60,952 nt of DNA, from positions 1 through 60,952 of the forward strand of contig JBJKZN010000027.1 of assembly GCA_045560315.1 (NCBI GenBank), given 5' to 3'. This DNA comes from Fidelibacterota bacterium. Its GTDB lineage: Bacteria; Fidelibacterota; Marinisomatia; Marinisomatales; Marinisomataceae. Position numbers and translations under genes: made by a program. Shown here piece by piece: positions 9,184 through 18,954 of the stretch. Each line of letters opens with the position of its first letter. Position 1 is the stretch's first letter. The notes beneath the pieces are model-generated. The model had not been told where the DNA came from. It searched no databases and saw only the letters and a program-made list of their open reading frames with translations.

Positions 9184-11061
9184 ATGCTTATGGGTGTTAT
9201 TACAAATATGCGCAGTCGAATGCAAGTAGTGATGTGGACTATTCTAGTTCTCTTCGTTATAAGTATGGCTATTGGTGGTCTTGTAGGTGGAGCTAGTATT
9301 GGCGACATCTTTGGTCAACAGAATGGCAATCATATTGGATCTCTCAATGGCAAGCCTATTTTATATGAGGATTTTAATCGTTTAGTTAATGCGGAAACCA
9401 CAAGATTACAATCTCAATCCACGCAAGATATATCAGATGAAGATAGAGAGTATATTAGGGCGGTAGTATGGGAAAGAATTATACAAGATTTATTAATTCA
9501 AGAACAAATTGAAGAAAATAATATTGTAATCAGCGATGAAGAGGTTCTTTATCAGCTCAAGAATAATCCTCCTGCGTTCTTACAAGGCAGTGCTGCTTTT
9601 CAAACTGATGGACGATTTGACTTAGAAAAATATATGGATGCAATTCTTAATCCAGGACAATTAGATTGGCGCCCAATCGAAGAATTTATGAGAGATATAT
9701 ACCTCCCGAACTATAAACTTCAACAATTAGTCGTTAACAGTGCCTCTGCTTCAGAACAAGATATCATAGATAGCTATAGAAAACGATTTGTAAACTATAG
9801 AATTGAGATACTACATATTACAGATAAAGTTCTGGATGGTGCCTCTAAAGACTTCTTTGATAGTATGATGTCAGGCAGACCTACCGAGCAAGAATTAACT
9901 GAACTATACAAAAAAAATATTGAAGATTATAAACAACCAGAAATGCGTTATATGAAATATGTTAAATGGCCTATAGTTTCTAGTTACAATGACTCGTTAC
10001 GTATAAAACTTGAAGCTGAAAATCTAATGTATCGCATTAAACAAGGTGAAAATTTTGCTGACATAGCAAATGCTTATACAGAAGATCCCAGCAATAATAT
10101 AGTAGGTTCTGATGTACTAAAAGGTGGAATGCTTGGGTGGTTTGGAAAAGGGCAAATGGTATCAGAGTTTGATAAGGCAGCTTTTGAGACTAATACAGGT
10201 GATTTAGTTGGTCCTGTTTTAACAAATTTTGGCTATCACGTTATTAAAATAAATGATAAAAGAACATTAGAAGATGGTACAGAACAAGTCAATGCCTCTC
10301 ATATCTTACTGTCCATATCTCCAGGCAAAGATACTGAAAGTGATTTACGTGATATGGCTAGTATCTTTTCTTTAGATGCACAAGAGAGTGGATTTGCTGA
10401 ACTTGCTGATTCCTTAGGTATGGTTATTGGCGATGCAAGTGGAGTACAGAAAGAATCAATCTTTATTCAGGATATTGGAGTTGCAAGAGATGCTGTAAGA
10501 TTTGCATTTAACAGTAATCTAGGTGATATCTCTGATGTGGTAAGCAATGATAACTATGCGCTCATATTCTATTTAGATTCTATATCAGAAGAAGAAACTA
10601 TGAGCTTTGATTCGGTTAAAGAAGAATTAGAAGTAGAATATTTAGCAGCAGCTAAAAAAGAAAATATTAAGAATGTTGCACAAGAAATTTCAAAAGAGTT
10701 TAACGATGGTGATGTATCACTATCAGATATATCAAAAGATAATCCTGACTTTGAGTACGTATCAGAAGATAGCGGAAATTTAGTAGGAAGTTTTGAGTCA
10801 ATTGGAAAAAGTAATTATTTAGCCGGTGCATTACTTAATGCTAACGCAAATGATACATTTGGTCCACTTCCAACGATAAGAGGTCAGGCTTTTATTAAGG
10901 TATTAGAGATTGATGAAATTAATGAATCAGATTTTGAAGAAAAGAAAGAGTCGTTAAAATTTAGCTTGATTATCCAAAGACAGAATTTGATTTGGGGTCA
11001 TTGGTTGCAAGCGCTTCGTGACGAGTCTGATATTGAAGATTATCGTTTTGACTTCTATTAA
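9184..11061 (+). CDS. ppiD: Periplasmic chaperone / peptidyl-prolyl isomerase PpiD-like (SurA-N plus parvulin)
   Basis: 625 aa with an N-terminal TM anchor and a central parvulin domain (GGMLGWFGKGQMVSEFDKAAF...GYHVIKI). Several in-frame Met codons lie near the start, so the exact start is uncertain. Confidence 0.75.
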   Translation: MLMGVITNMRSRMQVVMWTILVLFVISMAIGGLVGGASIGDIFGQQNGNHIGSLNGKPILYEDFNRLVNAETTRLQSQSTQDISDEDREYIRAVVWERIIQDLLIQEQIEENNIVISDEEVLYQLKNNPPAFLQGSAAFQTDGRFDLEKYMDAILNPGQLDWRPIEEFMRDIYLPNYKLQQLVVNSASASEQDIIDSYRKRFVNYRIEILHITDKVLDGASKDFFDSMMSGRPTEQELTELYKKNIEDYKQPEMRYMKYVKWPIVSSYNDSLRIKLEAENLMYRIKQGENFADIANAYTEDPSNNIVGSDVLKGGMLGWFGKGQMVSEFDKAAFETNTGDLVGPVLTNFGYHVIKINDKRTLEDGTEQVNASHILLSISPGKDTESDLRDMASIFSLDAQESGFAELADSLGMVIGDASGVQKESIFIQDIGVARDAVRFAFNSNLGDISDVVSNDNYALIFYLDSISEEETMSFDSVKEELEVEYLAAAKKENIKNVAQEISKEFNDGDVSLSDISKDNPDFEYVSEDSGNLVGSFESIGKSNYLAGALLNANANDTFGPLPTIRGQAFIKVLEIDEINESDFEEKKESLKFSLIIQRQNLIWGHWLQALRDESDIEDYRFDFY

Positions 11062-12002
11062 AGCTCTCTAAAAGTACCCAACTTATCATATCTAGCTACC
11101 CTAGAATCTAAATAAGTAGCCATATATGACAGATCAAAAGAATTGATTTCATTAATAATGGCATTTTTAACAATTAGAAGAGTTTCATCAAAATGACGGT
11201 GTGCTCCACCTGTTGGCTCATAAATAATCATATTGCAAATATCATGCTCAACTAGATCCTTAGGCGTTAACTTTAATGCTTCAGCTGCTTCTGGAGCTTT
11301 GGTAGAATCTTTCCATAAGATTGATGCACAGCCTTCTGGGCTAATTACTGAAAACCAAGTATGTTCCAACATTAACATTTTATCACATAACCCAATTCCT
11401 AAGGCTCCGCCACTAGCGCCTTCTCCAATAACTACAGAAAGAATAAATGTATCAATAGAAGCCATTTCTTTTAAATTGTTTGCAATAGCATAACCTTGAC
11501 CTCTCTCCTCTGCTGCAATACCTGGATCAGCACCTGGAGTATCAATTAAAGTTATAATAGGTAAGTTAAATTTCTCTGCTATCTTCATAACGCGTAATGC
11601 TTTTCGATAACCCTCCGGTTTCATCATTCCAAAATTCCTATGCAGATTTTCTTTTGTATTTCTACCTTTCTGTTGCCCTATGATAGCAACACGGTGTTCA
11701 CCAATTGTCCCTATTCCTGCTACTACAGCATGATCATCAGCAAATGCTTTGTCTCCATGGAGTTCAATAAAATCATCGCACCAAGCGTTAATATAATCCA
11801 AAGTATAAGGTCTATTGGGGTGTCTAGCGAGCTGCACTGTTTCCCAAGCGCTTAAATCTGAAAAAATTTCTTTTTCTTTTTCAGCTCTTTCTATCTTTAG
11901 TTGGTTTAGTTTCTCAGACTCGGAATCAATAGATATTAAATTCTCAATATCATGATCAAAATCTTTTAAAGATTTTTCAAAAGTTAAATAATGTTTCTTC
12001 AT
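11058..12002 (-). CDS. accA: Acetyl-CoA carboxylase carboxyltransferase subunit alpha
   Basis: 314 aa with full-length AccA-like sequence (LARHPNRPYTLDYI, IDTPGADPG, GEGASGGALG). Confidence 0.92.
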   Translation of the reverse strand: MKKHYLTFEKSLKDFDHDIENLISIDSESEKLNQLKIERAEKEKEIFSDLSAWETVQLARHPNRPYTLDYINAWCDDFIELHGDKAFADDHAVVAGIGTIGEHRVAIIGQQKGRNTKENLHRNFGMMKPEGYRKALRVMKIAEKFNLPIITLIDTPGADPGIAAEERGQGYAIANNLKEMASIDTFILSVVIGEGASGGALGIGLCDKMLMLEHTWFSVISPEGCASILWKDSTKAPEAAEALKLTPKDLVEHDICNMIIYEPTGGAHRHFDETLLIVKNAIINEINSFDLSYMATYLDSRVARYDKLGTFREL

Positions 12003-12713
12003 CTATTTTTTTGTTCTAAATAATCTCCAAAATCCAAATAACCAAACCTTAAATACTGCTTCAATCATTACATTCTTACTCATTTTAGATTCACCGACAG
12101 TACGATCTGTAAATACTATTGGATGTTCAACTAATTTACAAGATTTTTGATAAGCTCGGAATGATGTTTCAATTTGAAAACAATAACCTTGCGATGAACT
12201 TTCATTAAAGTTAATTAAGCGCAATGTTTCTGATCTCCATCCCTTGAATCCTGCAGTTAAATCCTTAATAGGCACTCCTGTAATCATTCTTGCATAAAGA
12301 TTAGCAAAATAACTGATATATAACCTACTGATTGGCCAATTTATAACTCTTAAGCCACCATCATACCTACTTCCTATCACTAAATCATAATTATCTAAAA
12401 GATTGAACATAGCAGGAACTTCAACTGGATCGTGAGACAAATCAGCATCCATCTGAATAATCTTGTCATATTTATTTTCTAATGCCCAATTAAAACCATG
12501 GATATAGGCTGAGCCTAGTCCATTTTTTTTGGCTCTTTTTTCTATAAAAACCTTTTCTTTGTTGTGGTTTCTGACAATTTCGGCTGTATTGTCCGGAGAA
12601 TTATCATCCACGATTAAGATATCTAGATTTGTATCTAGATTTAAAAGTATATCAATAATCTTAATGATATTCTTTGATTCATTATAGGTGGGAAGTATGA
12701 CTAATTTTTTCAT
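12003..12713 (-). CDS. GT2 polyprenol-phosphate mannosyltransferase (Dpm1/Ppm1-like)
   Basis: Contains ILPTYNESKNI, VDDNSPDNT and MDADLSHDP. The 236-aa size is typical of this family. Confidence 0.85.
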   Translation of the reverse strand: MKKLVILPTYNESKNIIKIIDILLNLDTNLDILIVDDNSPDNTAEIVRNHNKEKVFIEKRAKKNGLGSAYIHGFNWALENKYDKIIQMDADLSHDPVEVPAMFNLLDNYDLVIGSRYDGGLRVINWPISRLYISYFANLYARMITGVPIKDLTAGFKGWRSETLRLINFNESSSQGYCFQIETSFRAYQKSCKLVEHPIVFTDRTVGESKMSKNVMIEAVFKVWLFGFWRLFRTKK

Positions 12714-13729
12714 TAATTTGTTTGCAATGTTTTAGAAAATAATTCCATTTGTTTCATATAAAATGCTTTTTTCCCGCCTGGATTAAAAACCATATAAGTA
12801 ATATAGAATGTTCTATCAGACTCATAATCATAAAATAAATATCCTACAAATGGACCTCCTTTTGCTTGATCAATAGATTCCCATAATCCAGATAATCTAT
12901 AGGCTGCATCTTCTCTATAATCTACCCAATCAATTGATAAAAATTCCTTATTATATTGCTGTGATTTAAAGAATGTCTGAGGAAAATTATCAGCCATATA
13001 CATTGCATCTTCTTCAGAAAAGTAATTGCCATCTCTCCATTGTATAGCAATCCATCTAAAAGGCATTTCTTGACCAATCCAAACAAAGTTTGAGTCTGGA
13101 TTATTTCTGATCATCTCCCAACCCCACGGCAAATTAATTGTCCATTCATAATCTGATAATAATTGGGCTTCTAGTTCTTCCTGGCGTTTAGATGTCAAAA
13201 AGTATTGTGACTGTTTTTTGTCAAAATTCTGATCAAACTCATTTTTAATTGAATCTCTATTCTTGAGCAAATATTCTTTAATATCACTTGTTTTTGCACC
13301 GCTCAATATCATAAATAATTGGTTTTTAGCAAACTGGTCTCTTGATAGAATAACGGGGTTATTTTCCAGTGTATTATTAAATGCTTTTTTGCCTAACAGT
13401 TCTCTAACTAGCTTAGTTGCAGGATTAAGCTCATAATCTCCAATAGAAGCAATAATTAGATTGGTCTGGGTTTTTAGGGCGTCATAGCTACTCGGGTCTG
13501 CAAACTTAACATTATAAAATGGCTCTGGTGCAGGTGTAAGCAATGTGTCATTAAATACGATAGAAAGTAAACTTCTTATATCTTCTCTGTCTTCCTTTGC
13601 AGCAAGAACAACAAGATCGTCATTTGCACCTATTGCATCTTTTTTTATATCACAACTTATAATTGCTATACAAAAAACAAAAATGCTTAGATACTTAACT
13701 ATTATTTTCTTTTCTATTAGACCGTTCAT
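12713..13729 (-). CDS. Hypothetical lipoprotein (possibly DUF4837-like)
   Basis: 338 aa with an N-terminal hydrophobic segment ending in a Cys (AIISCD, lipobox-like). I recognised no catalytic motif, and the family guess is from memory only. Confidence 0.4.
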   Translation of the reverse strand: MNGLIEKKIIVKYLSIFVFCIAIISCDIKKDAIGANDDLVVLAAKEDREDIRSLLSIVFNDTLLTPAPEPFYNVKFADPSSYDALKTQTNLIIASIGDYELNPATKLVRELLGKKAFNNTLENNPVILSRDQFAKNQLFMILSGAKTSDIKEYLLKNRDSIKNEFDQNFDKKQSQYFLTSKRQEELEAQLLSDYEWTINLPWGWEMIRNNPDSNFVWIGQEMPFRWIAIQWRDGNYFSEEDAMYMADNFPQTFFKSQQYNKEFLSIDWVDYREDAAYRLSGLWESIDQAKGGPFVGYLFYDYESDRTFYITYMVFNPGGKKAFYMKQMELFSKTLQTN

Positions 13730-14426
13730 ATAAAAATACCATTACTAAAGTTAATAATAGAAAAATAATCATTGGTTCCCATGTTAAAAAGGGATACCTA
13801 ATAAATCTTTCGCTTGCTGTAACTGGTGGCTCTATGGGCGTATTGTCAGTGCTTATATTGGCTGCATACTGAATAGATGTAAATCCATGAGGATTATGAT
13901 AGCTAAAAAATAATTCTTTTATTCCAGATGAAGAATAATTGTTTTCAATACCTTGCATGAATGTAAGTCCATTTTGATCGCGCACTCTCTCTAGTGTTAT
14001 ATTGCCTGCATCGGCAATAAAATCTTTTGCTGCAAACGGTATCTGGAAGCTGATGATTAATGCATCGACGCTAGCGGCAGACTTAAATGAGTATAAAAAA
14101 TCTCTAGGACCTGGACTATTTATGAATTTATCTAAAAATAAATAAATAGTATGATTTCCATCCTGTTTTATTGTAGTCAAAGTATTGTTATCTATTTCTA
14201 CGATTTTTTCAAATTCAGATTCGTTATGTGATATTGTATACAACACAGAATCAATACCGCTAGGTATCTGAAAATCATACTGTGATATAGAGTCAGAATC
14301 AAATTTATACTCTATTGCTACTCCAGGATATGAAAACTCTGGATATACAGTTACAGATAAAGTATCAATTGTAGATTGCCCAAAAATTGTCCCTAAAAAT
14401 AGGATAGAAAGCATTATTTTTTTCAT
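13695..14426 (-). CDS. Hypothetical exported protein with C-terminal TM anchor
   Basis: 243 aa with a signal peptide (MKKIMLSILFLGTIFGQ) and a C-terminal hydrophobic helix followed by a basic tail. It overlaps the next gene by 35 nt. Confidence 0.5.
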   Translation of the reverse strand: MKKIMLSILFLGTIFGQSTIDTLSVTVYPEFSYPGVAIEYKFDSDSISQYDFQIPSGIDSVLYTISHNESEFEKIVEIDNNTLTTIKQDGNHTIYLFLDKFINSPGPRDFLYSFKSAASVDALIISFQIPFAAKDFIADAGNITLERVRDQNGLTFMQGIENNYSSSGIKELFFSYHNPHGFTSIQYAANISTDNTPIEPPVTASERFIRYPFLTWEPMIIFLLLTLVMVFLYERSNRKENNS

Positions 14427-14429
14427 ATG

Positions 14430-15134
14430 CTAAGTTAATTGAAAAATAACAAATATATCATAAAATGAATGAGTAATAGCAGTAATACCAAAACCTCTGT
14501 TAATGTATAAGATACCTAACAATATTCCAGCAATAAATCGAATTGTGAATGCTTCCTGACTAAATGATTCTGTGCCCATAAAATGAAATAGAGAAAACAA
14601 AATTGATGAAAGCAATAATGCAAAAAATTGCGTAGAAAAATGTCGCATTGATTTGAAAATAAAATTGATAAATCTATAAAAAATGAAGATAGAAAATACT
14701 CTAAATATTAGCTCTTCATAAATTCCAGCCCCTAAAGATAATATAATATTGAATTTTATATCTTCAACAGATATATCCATCAGATAAAGACTCATATTGC
14801 CAAGCAATAAAAACAATAGAAAAGCGTACAAAAAAGACTCTAATAACATTATTGATAGATATGATTTATATATTGTAAAAGAATCATAATTTTTTTTCTG
14901 ATAATAGGCTATAATAAAAAATGCTAGCAAAAATACGCTTGATGATATGTAAAATATATCAAATCCTAATGTTGCAATCATATCTTCTATTAAAGCATCT
15001 GCCCCATTTTTAATATAACTGAATTCTGTTCCTCTCATTAAGAAAAGACCTAATTCATAGAAAAGGAAAATAGGTAATGTGATAATAAAGCTATAAAAAG
15101 GAGACTTAGATTTCTGCAAATAGTCTTGGATCAT
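14430..15134 (-). CDS. CPBP family intramembrane glutamic endopeptidase (CAAX protease/Abi family)
   Basis: Polytopic membrane protein with the EELIFR, FSLFH and HSFYD motifs. Confidence 0.8.
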   Translation of the reverse strand: MIQDYLQKSKSPFYSFIITLPIFLFYELGLFLMRGTEFSYIKNGADALIEDMIATLGFDIFYISSSVFLLAFFIIAYYQKKNYDSFTIYKSYLSIMLLESFLYAFLLFLLLGNMSLYLMDISVEDIKFNIILSLGAGIYEELIFRVFSIFIFYRFINFIFKSMRHFSTQFFALLLSSILFSLFHFMGTESFSQEAFTIRFIAGILLGILYINRGFGITAITHSFYDIFVIFQLT

Positions 15135-15135
15135 C

Positions 15136-16920
15136 TCAAATCTTCAAAACGGCTAGTAATGCTTCTTGTGGAACTTCGACTCTTCCAATCATTCTCATCC
15201 TTTTCTTGCCCTTTTTTTGCTTCTGCAATAACTTATTTTTTCGAGTAACATCTCCTCCATATAGCTTTTCAGTTACATTTTTTCTGAATGGAGCAATATT
15301 AGTACGTGCAATTACTCTAGTACCAATAGAAGCTTGAATTGGAATTTGGATCTGATGCCTAGGAATTAATTCTTTAAGCTTCTGACAAAGAGCCAATCCT
15401 CTATGATATGAATCTTTCTTTGAACAAATCATTGATAAAGCATCCACAGGCTCTTTATTAATCAGAATGTCTAATTTATCTAACTTGCTCTCCTTGTATT
15501 CCTTGAAAGTGTAATCAAATGATGCATATCCCTTTGATCCAGACTTAATACTATCATAAAAATCAAACAATATCTCACCGAGAGGTAGATCATAAATTAA
15601 TTGTACTTTAGAGCTTGAAAGATATGAAGTAGATTTGTATTGACCTCTCTTCTCTTGACAAATTTTCATAACATTCCCAATATATTCTACCGGTGTCAAG
15701 ATTTCTGCAGTTACAATTGGTTCCATAATACTATCTAATACTTTTGGTTCTGGCAATAACGCAGGTCGTTGCACTTCAATCTGACTGCCATCTTTAAGAT
15801 TTGCTAAATATTTAACATTTGGACTAGTAGTAACAATTGAAAGATTAAATTCTCTTTCTAATCTTTCTTGTATTATTTCCATATGTAATAGACCTAAAAA
15901 ACCACATCGATATCCAAAACCAAGCGCATCACTTACTTCGGGTTCGAAAGATAAAGAAGCATCATTTAGTTTTAATTTCTCAAGTGCAGTACGCAGATCA
16001 TCATATTCAGCAGCATCAGCTGGGAATAAGCCAGAAAATACCATTGGTTTGATTTTCTGAAATCCAGGCAGTGCATCTTTGCATGGCTTATTCACGTTTG
16101 TGATTGTGTCTCCAGGAAGAACGTGTTCAATATCTCTAATATTTGCAACAATATAACCTACTTCTCCAGCATTCAGGGAATCGGACTTCTTTCGATCAAT
16201 TACAAAATGTCCTACTTCATCTACATCGTAGTAAGTATTATGAGAAAAGAATTTAATCTTACTACCACGACTAATAGAACCTTCATAAACACGAATATAA
16301 GCTACAACACCACGATATCTATCATAGATTGAATCAAAGATAAGTGCTTTGAAAACATCATTTTCTGGTGGTTGGGGTGAAGGAATTTTATTAATGATAG
16401 CATCTAAGATACCTTCTATACCTTCTCCGCTTTTAGCACTAGTAAGCAATATATCTTCTTTTTCACATCCAGTAAGCTCAATAATTTGGTTAGTTACATT
16501 TTCAATATCTGCATTTGGTAAATCTACCTTATTGATAACTGGAATGATTTTTAAATTACTATTTAGTGCTAAGAGGTAATTAGTTACAGTTTGAGCTTCA
16601 ATGCCTTGTGCAGCATCTACAATCAATAATGCTCCTTCGCTAGCAGCAAGTGTTCTTGAAACTTCATAAGTAAAATCAACATGTCCTGGAGTATCAATAA
16701 GGTTTAATATATAATCCTTATAATTAATACGAATGGAATGACTCTTAATTGTAATCCCTCTTTCACGTTCTAGCTCCATATTGTCTAAAACTTGATCTTG
16801 CATATTTTTTTTAGATATAGTACCAGTATCCTCAAGCAATCTATCTGCCAAGGTTGATTTCCCATGATCGATATGGGCAATAATACAAAAGTTGCGAATT
16901 AAACTAATATCACTCATCAA
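15136..16920 (-). CDS. lepA: Translation elongation factor 4
   Basis: Contains NFCIIAHIDHGKSTLADRLL and DTPGHVDF, with the full-length LepA C-terminal domain. Confidence 0.95.
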   Translation of the reverse strand: MMSDISLIRNFCIIAHIDHGKSTLADRLLEDTGTISKKNMQDQVLDNMELERERGITIKSHSIRINYKDYILNLIDTPGHVDFTYEVSRTLAASEGALLIVDAAQGIEAQTVTNYLLALNSNLKIIPVINKVDLPNADIENVTNQIIELTGCEKEDILLTSAKSGEGIEGILDAIINKIPSPQPPENDVFKALIFDSIYDRYRGVVAYIRVYEGSISRGSKIKFFSHNTYYDVDEVGHFVIDRKKSDSLNAGEVGYIVANIRDIEHVLPGDTITNVNKPCKDALPGFQKIKPMVFSGLFPADAAEYDDLRTALEKLKLNDASLSFEPEVSDALGFGYRCGFLGLLHMEIIQERLEREFNLSIVTTSPNVKYLANLKDGSQIEVQRPALLPEPKVLDSIMEPIVTAEILTPVEYIGNVMKICQEKRGQYKSTSYLSSSKVQLIYDLPLGEILFDFYDSIKSGSKGYASFDYTFKEYKESKLDKLDILINKEPVDALSMICSKKDSYHRGLALCQKLKELIPRHQIQIPIQASIGTRVIARTNIAPFRKNVTEKLYGGDVTRKNKLLQKQKKGKKRMRMIGRVEVPQEALLAVLKI

Positions 16921-18511
16921 AATGATTCACTATTGGTATTCTTCTTCCCATTCCGAAAGCTTTCTTGCTTATGCGAAGGACTGGTGCAGCTTGTCTTCTT
17001 TTATGTTCATTACGACTAATTCTTGCAGAAATATCACCTAAATCGTTATTTCTAATATCATCAGATATATCTTCTCCTAAAATTATTTTATCAACAATAG
17101 GACTAATCAAGTCATAATCAAATGGATCTACTTGATCCGGAGCTAATTCTGCAGATGGTGGTTTAGTAATAGAATTATCAGGAATAATATTATTACTCAC
17201 TCTATTTTTCCATTTTGCAAGATTATATACTTCTGTTTTCGATAAATCTCCAATTGCTGATAACCCACCGCTCATATCTCCATAAAGAGTGCAATATCCT
17301 AGAGCAAGTTCTGTTTTATTTCCTGTAGATAAAACTAGGCAACCAAATTTATTAGAAAATGCCATTAATATATTTCCTCTTATTCTTGATTGAATATTCT
17401 CTTCAGCAACATTGCTCTCCATTCCTTTAAATTTATCACGAAGCGTATCTAGATATTTTTCAAATAAATCATCAATATCAATTGTATCAAAATTTGCATT
17501 CAGGTTATTTGCTAAATCTCTTGCATCAGATTTACTATGATTGCTAGAGAATCTAGATGGCATAGAAACTAAATAAACATTTTCTGGTCCAAGAGCATCA
17601 ACTGCAAGACATGCTACTAATGCAGAATCTATTCCGCCACTTAAGCCTATGACTGCTTTTTGATGGCCTGTTTTGGAAAAATAATCTCTGATTCCAAGCG
17701 TCAAAGCATTATATATATTTTCTTCAACATCTACACCTATCGCATTCTCATCTGATACATCATCTAGGGTTGAAATAAGTATATCTTCTTTAAAGCTAGC
17801 TGCTGTGTCTAAAACCTTCATTCCAGGGCCAAATACCATAGAATTTCCATCAAAGATAAGTTCATCTTGTCCTCCAACAAGATTGCAATACACAAAATGT
17901 GAATTTGTATTTTTGAACTTCTCTACTATTAATTTTTTTCTATCATTTTCACGATATTTTCGGTAAGGAGACGCAGATATGTTGATAATAATATTTGGAT
18001 CAACATCAGCAATCTCTTCTGAAAGCTTCCTAGTGTAATTATCTTCCCATAAATCTTCACATATCTGTATTACGCAACGATAATCATTTCCATGAATATT
18101 AATCTTAAAATCACCTATACCAGAACCGCTCTCAAAATATCGTCTCTCATCAAAAACATCATAATTTGGTAAAAGAATTTTATGATAGACTTTTATTATT
18201 TTACCATTCTCGCATACTGCAGCTGCATTGAATAATTTTCCGTCTTTTTCATCTATAAATCCTAGAATGCATGGAGAAGAAACCTGTTTAGAAAACTTGT
18301 CTAGCACCTCCAAATTTCTCTTGATAAAAGATTGAGAAAAAAGTAAGTCTTGTGGTGGATATCCTGTAACAACCATTTCAGGAAAAACTATTAGGTCAGC
18401 TCCATTATCAATAGCTCTATTATAACTATCTATTAATTTTTTATAATTATAATCAAAATTTCCTAAAATAGGATTAATCTGACATGTACCGACTTTTATT
18501 GGTTTAGACAA
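16910..18511 (-). CDS. nadE: Glutamine-dependent NAD+ synthetase
   Basis: The N-terminal CN-hydrolase domain has FPE and ICEDLW. The C-terminal PP-loop synthetase domain has GLSGGIDSA. Confidence 0.9.
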   Translation of the reverse strand: MSKPIKVGTCQINPILGNFDYNYKKLIDSYNRAIDNGADLIVFPEMVVTGYPPQDLLFSQSFIKRNLEVLDKFSKQVSSPCILGFIDEKDGKLFNAAAVCENGKIIKVYHKILLPNYDVFDERRYFESGSGIGDFKINIHGNDYRCVIQICEDLWEDNYTRKLSEEIADVDPNIIINISASPYRKYRENDRKKLIVEKFKNTNSHFVYCNLVGGQDELIFDGNSMVFGPGMKVLDTAASFKEDILISTLDDVSDENAIGVDVEENIYNALTLGIRDYFSKTGHQKAVIGLSGGIDSALVACLAVDALGPENVYLVSMPSRFSSNHSKSDARDLANNLNANFDTIDIDDLFEKYLDTLRDKFKGMESNVAEENIQSRIRGNILMAFSNKFGCLVLSTGNKTELALGYCTLYGDMSGGLSAIGDLSKTEVYNLAKWKNRVSNNIIPDNSITKPPSAELAPDQVDPFDYDLISPIVDKIILGEDISDDIRNNDLGDISARISRNEHKRRQAAPVLRISKKAFGMGRRIPIVNHFDE

Positions 18512-18954
18512 TTTTTTACTTCCGTTATTAGTCCATCAACAGAATTAGTACTTATAGATTTTGGTATATCCCAACTATTGTATGCAATTAGCGGTTTATC
18601 TTGAGCTAAAGTAAATGCTATCTCACTTAAAGTTCCATAAGCTCCAGAAATTGCAACTCCCACATCACAATTATAGCTAATTAAAGCATTTCTTGTTATA
18701 TCAAGACCTGTTGAAATTGGTATAGATAAAAAATCATTTCCAGATTTAAAGTCTTTATCTTTAAGAATTCCAATACATACACCATTGTTTATTGAAACTC
18801 CTTTGGCAATAGCCTCCATTACTCCTTCACCTCCACCGCAGAATACTAACCAATTCTCATCAGCCATTCTTTTGCCAATTTCTACTGTATCATTGTAGAT
18901 TGATTCGGTGATATCTCTTCCTCCAAAAACAGCGACTCTTCCTTTAAAATTCAT
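18496..18954 (-). CDS. LOG/TIGR00725-like Rossmann-fold nucleotide-binding protein
   Basis: 152 aa with VFGG...CGGGEGVMEA...GAYGTLSEI, the pattern of LOG/lysine-decarboxylase-like (SLOG) proteins. It overlaps nadE by 16 nt. Confidence 0.6.
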   Translation of the reverse strand: MNFKGRVAVFGGRDITESIYNDTVEIGKRMADENWLVFCGGGEGVMEAIAKGVSINNGVCIGILKDKDFKSGNDFLSIPISTGLDITRNALISYNCDVGVAISGAYGTLSEIAFTLAQDKPLIAYNSWDIPKSISTNSVDGLITEVKNCLNQ

